DNA from: Promethearchaeota archaeon
GTDB lineage: Archaea > Asgardarchaeota > Lokiarchaeia > Sigyniarchaeales > SOKP01
Direction of reading: 5' to 3'
Length of the DNA: 64,000 bases
Assembly (NCBI GenBank): GCA_048937405.1
Contig: JBHLNF010000001.1
Location: forward strand, 944,785-1,008,784
Shown: in pieces, positions 51,946-60,316 of the stretch
How positions within the stretch are numbered: the first letter of the stretch is position 1
How the letters are laid out: each line of letters starts with the position of its first letter
The notes under the pieces: generated by a model
Told to the model about the DNA's origin: nothing
The model's database searches: none
The model's input: only the letters and a program-made list of their open reading frames with translations
Program-made: the position numbers and the translations under genes

Positions 51946-52317
51946 TTATTTTTTTATCTCTTCAATTTTTTTAACAACATCATTTAATGCGTTTTCATTT
52001 CCAGAGCCGACATTTTCAATAGCAATTGCACTTGAAGATACATTGATTCTAATCACATTTCCAAGTTCTTTTTTAGTTGATAAATAACCATAGGGAATTC
52101 CTTTCTCTTCACAGAGAAGTGGAATGTGAAATAAAATTTCTGGAGGAGTTACATCTTCAGCCATAACAACCAATTTTGCTTGAACTCTTTCAATAGATTT
52201 AGTTACTTCATTCATACCTTTTCTAATTTTTGAATCTCTTGTTTCTGCTATTGTTGTTAAAGTATTCTTGAGCTGATTTTTTAACTTTTCAGGTATTTTA
52301 AATTTAACATATGAAAT
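51946..52317 (-). CDS. rpl7ae: 50S ribosomal protein L7Ae; full length needs a non-AUG (ATT) start at 52317, 123 aa
   Basis: Frame stays open upstream of the track's Met: ISYVKFKIPEKL...KIRKGMNEVTKSIER...LVVMAEDVTPPEI; bounded by TGA. Confidence 0.9.
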   Translation of the reverse strand: MSYVKFKIPEKLKNQLKNTLTTIAETRDSKIRKGMNEVTKSIERVQAKLVVMAEDVTPPEILFHIPLLCEEKGIPYGYLSTKKELGNVIRINVSSSAIAIENVGSGNENALNDVVKKIEEIKK

Positions 52318-52332
52318 CTTTATTCATCTCCT

Positions 52333-52365
52333 TCAAATATATTTAATTAAAGATATATTTTCATA
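52333..52365 (-). promoter_or_regulatory. K-turn-like element in the rpl7ae leader overlapping the SD
   Basis: mRNA UAU-GA-AAAUAUAU-(10 nt loop)-AUAUAUUU-GA-AGGAG: 8-bp stem closed by tandem G.A pairs; outer stem weak. Confidence 0.45.
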
Positions 52366-52469
52366 AATCATCGATTTATTATAATGAAACTAATTGGGGA
52401 AATTAAATAAAATTTTTCATTTAGGTAAAAAACCTAAAAATTTTTTTAAAATGAATCGTTTGATAGTTT

Positions 52470-52701
52470 ATGATTATACCTATTCGCTGTTTTTCATGTG
52501 GTAAGCTCATAGCTCATGTCTATAAACCTTACCTTGAGATGATAGAAAAAGGAGAGCCTTCTGAAAAGGCTTTTAAAGAGTTAGGAATCGAGCGATTCTG
52601 TTGTAAACGCATGATCGTAAATTAGTAAGCATTTAAGCTTTCTAAGCGTATGTCATGTGGACCTAATAGATGAACTCCTTAAATTTCCGAGATTGCAATG
52701 A
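52470..52701 (+). CDS. rpo10: RNA polymerase subunit Rpo10 (RpoN), two exons: join(52470..52620,52652..52701), 66 aa
   Basis: MIIPIRCFSCGK...LGIERFCCKRMIV | SHVDLIDELLKFPRLQ*; CxxC and CC zinc ligands intact; absent from the ORF track because it is interrupted. Confidence 0.93.
52621..52651 (+). other. Putative 31-nt bulge-helix-bulge mRNA intron in rpo10
   Basis: Exon stem cgcatga/tcatgtg (7 bp), central helix tcgt/gcgt, two 3-nt bulges, intron stem ttag-t-aagc/gctt-t-ctaa; removal restores frame and the SHV motif. Confidence 0.85.
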
Positions 52702-52724
52702 ACATACACATCTAATAACAAAAT

Positions 52725-54010
52725 TTAAGAGAAATGATCTAAATATTTTCTTTTGAATTTTATAATCTTTCTATTAAAATTTAGATCCCAAATCTTATTT
52801 TCTACTCTCTTCCAATATGAATGTGGCAGTGTTTCAACACTAAATTCATCACATAATCTCTTAAAAAGATCAAAACTAACACCAAAAAACTCGGCTAATT
52901 TAGTTCTAGGTCCAAGATTAATCAACTCATCTATGATATCTTTTTTCCCTATTTTTTCACGAAGAACTTCATAAGTATATCTCCCTCCCTTCATTGGATA
53001 AAATACTCTTTTTCTTTCCATACTGAATTCAAATGATTCCATCATAAAGTTAAATAATATTGGACCGATTCTTAAATACCAATGGTCTTTTATATCACAG
53101 TTTTTTATCCAAACTTTTTCTCTCCCTGCAATTTTCTTATTTTTAACTTCATGTCTTAAATTAAATTCTTCCTTAATTTGCTCAAGAAATTGCTTATTTG
53201 AATTATGAATTATAGGCGCTCCTTCTTCACCATCCCCATCATAAAAGCCGAGTAATACTGACAAAGCCACTTTATACATTAAATTTCTAAAAAAGCCAAC
53301 TCTTAAACATTTTCCTTCTTTAAAATCTAAAAATCCCAATTTTATTAAATCCTTAATCATTGGAATACATCCAATTCTAATTCCATATCTTTCTGGATAT
53401 TCTCCTGATTTTTTTCTTATCCTCCTATCAATTTTATGTTCAATTTTATTTATAACATGTAATTCATTACGAAATCTCTCAATAACCTTGGAATCCCTCT
53501 TTTCTAAAAAAAGGCCAATATGTCCATCCTTAGAAATAAATCCATCAGCAAGTAACAATCCAAAATAATAACCTTTGTTTGTTGTATTAAGTAATTTAAA
53601 GTAATGTTTTTTTAAATTAGGATTATGAAGATGCCATTGCTGTTGTCGATACTCAAGGAGTTGATTTTTTTCAATATAATTATAAATTAATTCTTTACAT
53701 TTTTTAATATCTTTATTGCTCAACTTTTTTGATAAAGATTTGATAAAATCTATTAATTGCTCAACTTTTTTGATAAAGATTTGATAAAATCTATTAATTG
53801 ATCTTTTGAAAATTTAAAATAGGGATTATGCTTTGGACTATTTGAATTCTTTATCCTAAACCGAGTATCTCTTATATATCTAATATGCATACCCAAATAT
53901 TCAGAAAATTTGTCATATGAAAGTATTTTTCTATGTATTTTACTAGTTGATACTAATTCTGATATTTCTTTACGTAGATCTTCTATGAAATCTAATGTAG
54001 AATATTCCAT
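52725..54010 (-). pseudogene. Free-standing double-motif LAGLIDADG homing endonuclease, frameshifted by a 41-bp tandem duplication (ORFs 53753..54010 and 52725..53723)
   Basis: Motifs YYFGLLLADG and VLLGFYDGDG; removing one repeat copy fuses ...SKKLSN-KDIKKC... into one 414-aa ORF. Confidence 0.82.
53715..53800. repeat. Exact 41-bp tandem duplication
   Basis: attgctcaacttttttgataaagatttgataaaatctatta at 53715 and 53756, followed by attg. Confidence 0.95.
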
Positions 54011-54265
54011 AATTGTCTATGAAAATTGAACTGATATAGGATTTTTAGTTAGAAAATTAGTTATTCCAATATTTATGATAAATGAGAGTGATTGATTATT
54101 AATTTCATCTCTAAAGTGAGACAAAGAATCTTAGATATAATATAGATTTAAAATAGGTTTGAAAAATTAGATAAAAATTCTATAGATTTATTCGATGAAT
54201 TACTTAAATTTCCTCGATTACAATAATATAATTATTTATAAATTAATAGAAGTAATAAGCAAGAG

Positions 54266-54448
54266 TTATTGTTTCCCGTAATGGGCAGTCCATCTCGTTT
54301 TTCTTGCTTTTTTATTATAATCTAACATTGATTTACGGCATTTGTTAGTACAAAAGTTCAAGACTGTACCATCTCTCTTTACAAACATGAGACCTCGGCC
54401 TATAGGAATATCATAACCACAAAAACTACATTTTTTTACCTTTACCAT
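54266..54448 (-). CDS. rpl24e: 50S ribosomal protein L24e
   Basis: CSFCG.DI..GRG.MFVKRDG...FCTNKC...RWT. Confidence 0.95.
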   Translation of the reverse strand: MVKVKKCSFCGYDIPIGRGLMFVKRDGTVLNFCTNKCRKSMLDYNKKARKTRWTAHYGKQ

Positions 54449-54477
54449 TAGTAACACATATAAAAATTGTTTAAACT

Positions 54478-54876
54478 CTATTCCTTCTTAAATATTTCAG
54501 CTTCTCCGTATTTTACAACTTTTAAGTTTATTAAAGTCATATCATGAGTAATTTCGTTTCCTCGAACGGTTTTTCTCCTTTTCTGTCCTTTTCTCTGAGG
54601 TTTATATCCACTACTTCTTTTTGAGACTAGTATTTTCTTTTTGACTGGTCCATGAACGCTCTTTCTCATTGGAAAACCACTAGAATCACTTCCACCCATG
54701 ATTTGAAATTCATAATTTGCGAATCCTATCAGACCTCCCTTTATAATATCTCCAATTTTCATTCCTTCAAATCGAAATTTCTTCTCATCAATCTCAATAA
54801 GTTTGGATAATCCTTTTCCAGGACCCTCTTTTCCACCACTAATATTTAGTTTGTATACTATTTTTTCTGAGGACAC
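54478..54876 (-). CDS. rps6e: 30S ribosomal protein S6e
   Basis: GGSDSSGFPM, RKGQKRRKTVRGN. Confidence 0.95.
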   Translation of the reverse strand: MSSEKIVYKLNISGGKEGPGKGLSKLIEIDEKKFRFEGMKIGDIIKGGLIGFANYEFQIMGGSDSSGFPMRKSVHGPVKKKILVSKRSSGYKPQRKGQKRRKTVRGNEITHDMTLINLKVVKYGEAEIFKKE

Positions 54877-55049
54877 GATGCATCAATATCGAACTTAAAA
54901 ACGCAAGATTAACTTCTAAAATACATATTTTCATAAAAATTTTATGAAAAAGTAATATTTTGAATTAATTCCTATAAAATAAAGATAATGAAATTTATTT
55001 TAATGAATTACCTATTGTAATTATACAAGAAATTAATAGATATTCCTAT

Positions 55050-55844
55050 ATGCAAATATTTGAAGTTGTGGAATTATCAGAATTCCCTTACATGGAAACA
55101 CGGGAAGTTAATCAAGGACAGGTAGTTAGTGATATCTTAAATGATAATAGTATTGAAAGAGTCTATATACTGGTAGATCATGATACTAAACGAATTTGGA
55201 CATTTAATGGTTCAAAAAGTTCTTTTAAAACACAAATATATGGAGGAATTTTAGCTGGTAAGCTACGGCAACAATTAAAGTTATTTTATCGAGTTTATTC
55301 ATTAAATATGTATTCAAAAGATGATCAAGAATACAAAGAAATATTGGAAAAATCAATTGGAGGAGGTAGAGCTAAAACTATTGAAAAAAAAGATTTTCCA
55401 AAACCAACTCCTGATAATTACGTTGTAAATATTTCAGTTTCAAATCCAAAAATTAATACTGCCCTAGAATACATAAATCAATTTCCACATCCAGAAGGTC
55501 TTATCCGAAGATTTATGATAATAGGTGGAATTATTTATACAGATGAAGAAATTACGGAATTTTTTGTTAAAGAAGAAAAAATTATTATTAAGCCTGCAAA
55601 ATTAGGCCGATTAAACACAGGTTTTACATTCTTTCAAGATCATAAATATTCGACTCGATTAATTATTAAAGAACGAACTATTCAAGGACTTGAATTGTTT
55701 ATTGATGAAGAAGATAAATCTCCATCTTTAAAAATAGAAATACCTCTAATACATGAGGAAAAATACAGTAATTCTGGATCTATGAAATCATTAATAGAAG
55801 CATTTCAAATCCCAGAAAAATTGGTTCAAGAAAACAAAAAATAA
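55050..55844 (+). CDS. Divergent gelsolin-like domain protein
   Basis: RVYILVDHDTKRIWTFNGSKSS pattern resembles Asgard gelsolin domains. Confidence 0.5.
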   Translation: MQIFEVVELSEFPYMETREVNQGQVVSDILNDNSIERVYILVDHDTKRIWTFNGSKSSFKTQIYGGILAGKLRQQLKLFYRVYSLNMYSKDDQEYKEILEKSIGGGRAKTIEKKDFPKPTPDNYVVNISVSNPKINTALEYINQFPHPEGLIRRFMIIGGIIYTDEEITEFFVKEEKIIIKPAKLGRLNTGFTFFQDHKYSTRLIIKERTIQGLELFIDEEDKSPSLKIEIPLIHEEKYSNSGSMKSLIEAFQIPEKLVQENKK

Positions 55845-55875
55845 ATAATGAATAAGTTCGAAATATCATTTAAAG

Positions 55876-57222
55876 ATGATTCTGCTAATTAATCCTAGAA
55901 CTTCTAAGCCTTCAGAAACGCGTTCAAGGTTTTTTAGGGAACCTAATTTAGGATTATTGTATTTAGCTTCAATTTTGGATTTAAATGATATTCCTGTTGA
56001 AATTTTAGATCTTGAACAATTTATAGATTTGAATGATCATCAATTGGAAAATGTGATTCGTAAAAAAATAATTGATTTTAAAATTTTTGGCATAACTTCT
56101 CTGACAAATACTTTCAATTTTGCTATAAAAATTGCTAGAATAATAAAAAATTATGATAGAAATAATTATGTTGTTTTAGGTGGACCTCATGTTTCATTTA
56201 CCTTTGAAGAAATCCTAAAGAATGATAAAAAAACAGAACAACTCATTGATTTTATTTGTATTGGAGAATCAGAGATTTCATTCATAAAGTTGGTTAAATA
56301 TTTATTAACTCAAATTTTAAATAAAAAAAGTATGACATATCATGAAGAACACTTAAAAAATATTAATGGAATTGCATATATTGATTCGAATGGAGAGATT
56401 TGTGTTAATAGGACTACTGATGAAATAGATTTAGAGAGCTTACCTTTACCTGCTCGTTATAAATTATCTCAAGAAAGTTATTATTATACTGTGGCAAATG
56501 TAATTGTTAATCGTGGATGTCCCAATCAATGTTCATTCTGTTCAAGACAAAATTTATTTAAAAAAACTCGAATCAGAACAATAAAATCACTCTTAGAGGA
56601 AATAAGAGATATTCAATCGTTACAGACATACTCTCATATCAATTTTTATGATAACATAAATATCAATAAAGAATTTTTTAGAAGTTTTTGCAAGATGTTT
56701 ATTGAAAATAATATTACAATTGCTTGGGGATGTGAACTACGCGTTGATACAATTGGACCTGAAGATGCCCGTTTACTTAAGGAAGCAGGTTGCCAACTAA
56801 TAGCAACTGGGATTGAATCAGCAAATGAAAGAGTCCTTAGGACTAATTTTAAATACCAAGATCCAGAAAAGGTTAAATCTGGAATTTTAAATCTGAAGAA
56901 ATATAATATAGCAGTTCAAGCTTATTTTGTATTAGGATTACCTAGTGAAACTGAACACAGTTTTTCTCAAACAATTAATTTTATAAAATCACTTCCGTTC
57001 GATAAGAACGATGATATAAATTATTTTGTAGCAACTCCTTACCCTGGGTCTCGTTTGTGGGAAGAGCAAGAACAATTTGATATAAAAATATTTGAAGATG
57101 ATTTTAATAAATATGATTGTAATCATATTATCTTTACAACTATGGAATTGGATAGAAAAAAATTAGAATATTTATATTTGAAAGCAAAAAAAATAGAAAT
57201 GCAATATCATCGTTCCAGTTAA
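55876..57222 (+). CDS. B12-binding radical SAM protein
   Basis: LGLLYLAS, GGPH, RGCPNQCSFC, GIES, TPYPGS. Confidence 0.92.
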   Translation: MILLINPRTSKPSETRSRFFREPNLGLLYLASILDLNDIPVEILDLEQFIDLNDHQLENVIRKKIIDFKIFGITSLTNTFNFAIKIARIIKNYDRNNYVVLGGPHVSFTFEEILKNDKKTEQLIDFICIGESEISFIKLVKYLLTQILNKKSMTYHEEHLKNINGIAYIDSNGEICVNRTTDEIDLESLPLPARYKLSQESYYYTVANVIVNRGCPNQCSFCSRQNLFKKTRIRTIKSLLEEIRDIQSLQTYSHINFYDNININKEFFRSFCKMFIENNITIAWGCELRVDTIGPEDARLLKEAGCQLIATGIESANERVLRTNFKYQDPEKVKSGILNLKKYNIAVQAYFVLGLPSETEHSFSQTINFIKSLPFDKNDDINYFVATPYPGSRLWEEQEQFDIKIFEDDFNKYDCNHIIFTTMELDRKKLEYLYLKAKKIEMQYHRSS

Positions 57223-57254
57223 TAAACTATATTAATACATAAAGGAATTTATCA

Positions 57255-57581
57255 ATGCCAAGTGATTTTACAGAAAGAATTATTAAAATAATTAAAAATA
57301 TACCAAAAGGAAAGATTCTTACATATGGATTTATTGCTAAAATGGCAGGAAACCCAAAAGCAGCTAGGCAAGTTTCTTGGATCTTACATTCTTCAAGTAA
57401 AAAGTATAATCTTCCATGGCATCGTGTAATTAGTTCCAAGGGAATAATATCATTGAAATCATTTGAAGATCGAACATACCAAAAAAACTTATTAGAAAAA
57501 GAAGGAATTATAGTTACAGATCAATTTCGAGTTGATCTTAAAAAATATCTCTGGAAAATTGATTCTATTAAAAAAATTTAA
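57255..57581 (+). CDS. Alkyltransferase-like (ATL/MGMT family) protein
   Basis: IPKGKILTYG, ARQV, LPWHRV (Trp in place of catalytic Cys). Confidence 0.92.
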   Translation: MPSDFTERIIKIIKNIPKGKILTYGFIAKMAGNPKAARQVSWILHSSSKKYNLPWHRVISSKGIISLKSFEDRTYQKNLLEKEGIIVTDQFRVDLKKYLWKIDSIKKI

Positions 57582-57803
57582 CTCTCATTTTTGATAAAAG
57601 TAATTCCTTAGATATTAATACTTCACATATAGTTCAAAATTCTCAATTTTGATTTTATTTTCACTCTAAAGATATGAATTTGGTTTAATATTGACTTTTT
57701 TTTATAATATTTAATTAAATTGTCAAATAATATTTAAACATCATAAAATTTGATTTTTAATTCTATGATATAATATTTTATCAAAAATAGAAATTAACGA
57801 ATT

Positions 57804-58664
57804 ATGATGTCTGAAAATAACTCTAATTCTTGGATTAAAAAATTAATTATTCTAGGTGTATTCATCTATGTTATTTTCTTAACAGCAGGATTAGATTGGG
57901 CAGCAGAACACTCGGGAGTAGGAATAACTACACGATTTTTATGGCTAATTGGTTTAATAAGCCTAGGATTAATATTACCTGTTGGATTCATGTATCTTGC
58001 TGGTGATAAGGAAATTGAAAGAGAAGAATCTGATAAGAAATGGTTCATAATAGCTATTATTTTATTCTTGGTTGGGAATGGAATTCCAATTGTTTTTTAT
58101 TTAATACTCGAAATTTCACCAGGATTTTTCTTATATGTGCAATTAATATTGTTTGGATTAGTTCCCACTTTTTTCATTCAACCAAAAAAGTCAAAATACA
58201 GAATTCTAATCCTAATCATTCTTTTTACTATGATAATAATTCCTTTAGGAATTCTTGTAAACTTCACCATTAATGATCTATGGTATGCGGGAGTAACTGA
58301 TAAAACTATGTATTATTTATCCTTCTGGGGGCTTTTAATGACATTTTTTTATCTTATTATTGCTATTGGTTGGAAATTGGGTGGTGGTTCAAAAAGACAA
58401 AGTTGGAATATCTTTGTCGCAGGAACACTTTTACAGTTCAGTACTCTTGAAGATTTTTTATACTTTTTCACAAATGGAGAACCTCTTCCAGGACCACCGA
58501 ATCATTGGTATTGGATGGAAAACTTTGTTATTAATTTAAAAGCTTTATTTGGTCATAATCCAACCAGTTTTGATCTATTGATTTTCTGTTTGATAATATC
58601 ATCAATAGCTATATTCATTCTCTTTGATGTACATGGTTATATCTGGAAAAAAATTAAATCATAA
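57804..58664 (+). CDS. Multi-pass membrane protein
   Basis: About 8 TM segments; LEDFLYF motif. Confidence 0.75.
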   Translation: MMSENNSNSWIKKLIILGVFIYVIFLTAGLDWAAEHSGVGITTRFLWLIGLISLGLILPVGFMYLAGDKEIEREESDKKWFIIAIILFLVGNGIPIVFYLILEISPGFFLYVQLILFGLVPTFFIQPKKSKYRILILIILFTMIIIPLGILVNFTINDLWYAGVTDKTMYYLSFWGLLMTFFYLIIAIGWKLGGGSKRQSWNIFVAGTLLQFSTLEDFLYFFTNGEPLPGPPNHWYWMENFVINLKALFGHNPTSFDLLIFCLIISSIAIFILFDVHGYIWKKIKS

Positions 58665-58942
58665 ATCTCAAAAAGTAACCTTTTTTTTTAATATTTTAAG
58701 GAATCAGAATTTCTTTTAAATAAAAAAAAGTTATTGAACCCAAAAAGATAATATATTACTTATATCTTTCTTATGTCATTAAGAATTATGTTTATTGATA
58801 AAGAAATTCAATTAATAAATAATTATATTAATAGAAGAATAACTCTAGATAATTGGAGATAATATTATCTCAAACATATACTATTATAAATAAAAAATAT
58901 CTACAAATTAATCAATTAATTAAGAAGTAGAAGATACAAATT

Positions 58943-60244
58943 ATGCCAAAAAGTGAGTATTATATCGGAGAAGCTTTAGTTGGAGATTCAAGTGACCCAA
59001 ATTTGGCACACATTGATTTAATAATTGGGTCTAAAGATGGACCTGTTGGGGTTTCATTTGCAAATGCACTTAGCACGCCTTCTAAGGGGCATGGTGGATT
59101 GTTAGCAGGAATTCGACCAAATCTACTTGCTAAGCCAGTATCGCTTATTGTACCTAAGGTTACACTCGCTAAAATGGAGGATGCGAGCAAAATTTTTGGT
59201 CCTGCTCAAGCAGCAGTTGCTAAAGGTATTGCGGATGCTGTGGAAGAAGGAATTATACCAATGAATAAAATAGAGGATTGGTTGATAATTGCTAGTGTGT
59301 ACATACATCCTGAAGCCAAGGATTATAGAAAAATCTATCAGTATAATTATGGTGCTACAAAATTAGCAATTCAGAGAGCTCTAAGAAAATATCCTCCTAT
59401 AGAAAAGATATTTTATGATAAAGATCGAGCAAAACATCCAGTAGCAGGGATAAGAGTACCCAGACTTTGGCGTCCACCCTATATACAAGTTGCATTAGAT
59501 CATCCCGCATTAGAAAAGCAAATAAAGGTAGTAAAGGAATTACCAAAAAGTGACCGAATTATATTAGAAGTAGGTACTCCATTTCTTAAGAAGTATGGTG
59601 TTGAATCAATCAAGCAAATTCGAGAAGTCGCAAAAGATAAATTTATCGTAGCTGATTTAAAGACCTTAGATGTTGGCAAATTGGAGGTTGATTTTGCATT
59701 TGACGCAACTGCTGATGCAGTGGTAGCAAGCGGTTTAGCTGCAACAGCATCTCTGGATAAATTTATATTAGAAGCACAGAGACTAGGGATTCATGCTTTC
59801 GTCGACACAATGGAAGTTACAAATCCTATTGAGAAATTAAGCTCTTTAAAGCAAACGCCAGATGTGGTTATAATTCATAGAGCTATTGATGTTGAACAAT
59901 CTGCAGCTGGAGGTCAATCACCTGATGCTTCTCAAAAAGCAAGGTGGGCATTAGTTCCAAAAATCAAAGAATTATATCATAGTCAAAAGAAAGCTTCAGG
60001 AAGAGATAGAGTGTTAGTTGCAGTTGCAGGAGGTATCGAACCAAGTACAGCAACATATGCTATACAGCAGGGAGCAGATATTCTGATAGTAGGTAGATTT
60101 ATAGCGAGTGCAAAAGATGTTGAATTTGCTATGAGAAGAATGCTTGGAGTTCTTCCTGGATATCAAGATATCGATCTTAAAAGAATTCACTCTGAAGATG
60201 ATGATAACTCTATTGAAAAGTCAGGAGGCCCTAAATGGGACTAA
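58943..60244 (+). CDS. fae-hps: Bifunctional formaldehyde-activating enzyme / 3-hexulose-6-phosphate synthase
   Basis: IGEALVG, AHIDLIIG, GPAQAAVAK, NYGATKLAI; QVALD, LEVGTP, ADLKTLD, HRAIDVE, VAGG. Confidence 0.93.
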   Translation: MPKSEYYIGEALVGDSSDPNLAHIDLIIGSKDGPVGVSFANALSTPSKGHGGLLAGIRPNLLAKPVSLIVPKVTLAKMEDASKIFGPAQAAVAKGIADAVEEGIIPMNKIEDWLIIASVYIHPEAKDYRKIYQYNYGATKLAIQRALRKYPPIEKIFYDKDRAKHPVAGIRVPRLWRPPYIQVALDHPALEKQIKVVKELPKSDRIILEVGTPFLKKYGVESIKQIREVAKDKFIVADLKTLDVGKLEVDFAFDATADAVVASGLAATASLDKFILEAQRLGIHAFVDTMEVTNPIEKLSSLKQTPDVVIIHRAIDVEQSAAGGQSPDASQKARWALVPKIKELYHSQKKASGRDRVLVAVAGGIEPSTATYAIQQGADILIVGRFIASAKDVEFAMRRMLGVLPGYQDIDLKRIHSEDDDNSIEKSGGPKWD

Positions 60245-60316
60245 TCTAATTTTTTTAACTCTCATTATTATCAAAATAGTTCAATTTATTCTCTTAAATC
60301 TGAAGATATCCAAATT

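Noticed and set aside
52623-52628. Pyrrolysine or stop readthrough at the rpo10 TAG
   Set aside because: TAG is followed directly by TAA and the conserved tail is in a different frame, so readthrough cannot restore the protein
52616-52650. rpo10 insertion as a transposon footprint with CGTA target duplication (52616-19 / 52647-50), i.e. a pseudogene
   Set aside because: Precise excision would give V-C-H rather than the family-typical V-S-H, the exons show no decay, and the BHB geometry explains the boundaries better; disfavoured but not formally excluded
53715-53800. 41-bp insertion in the LAGLIDADG gene as a second BHB intron or a CRISPR repeat
   Set aside because: It is an exact adjacent duplication with no spacer, and I could not build a BHB fold around it
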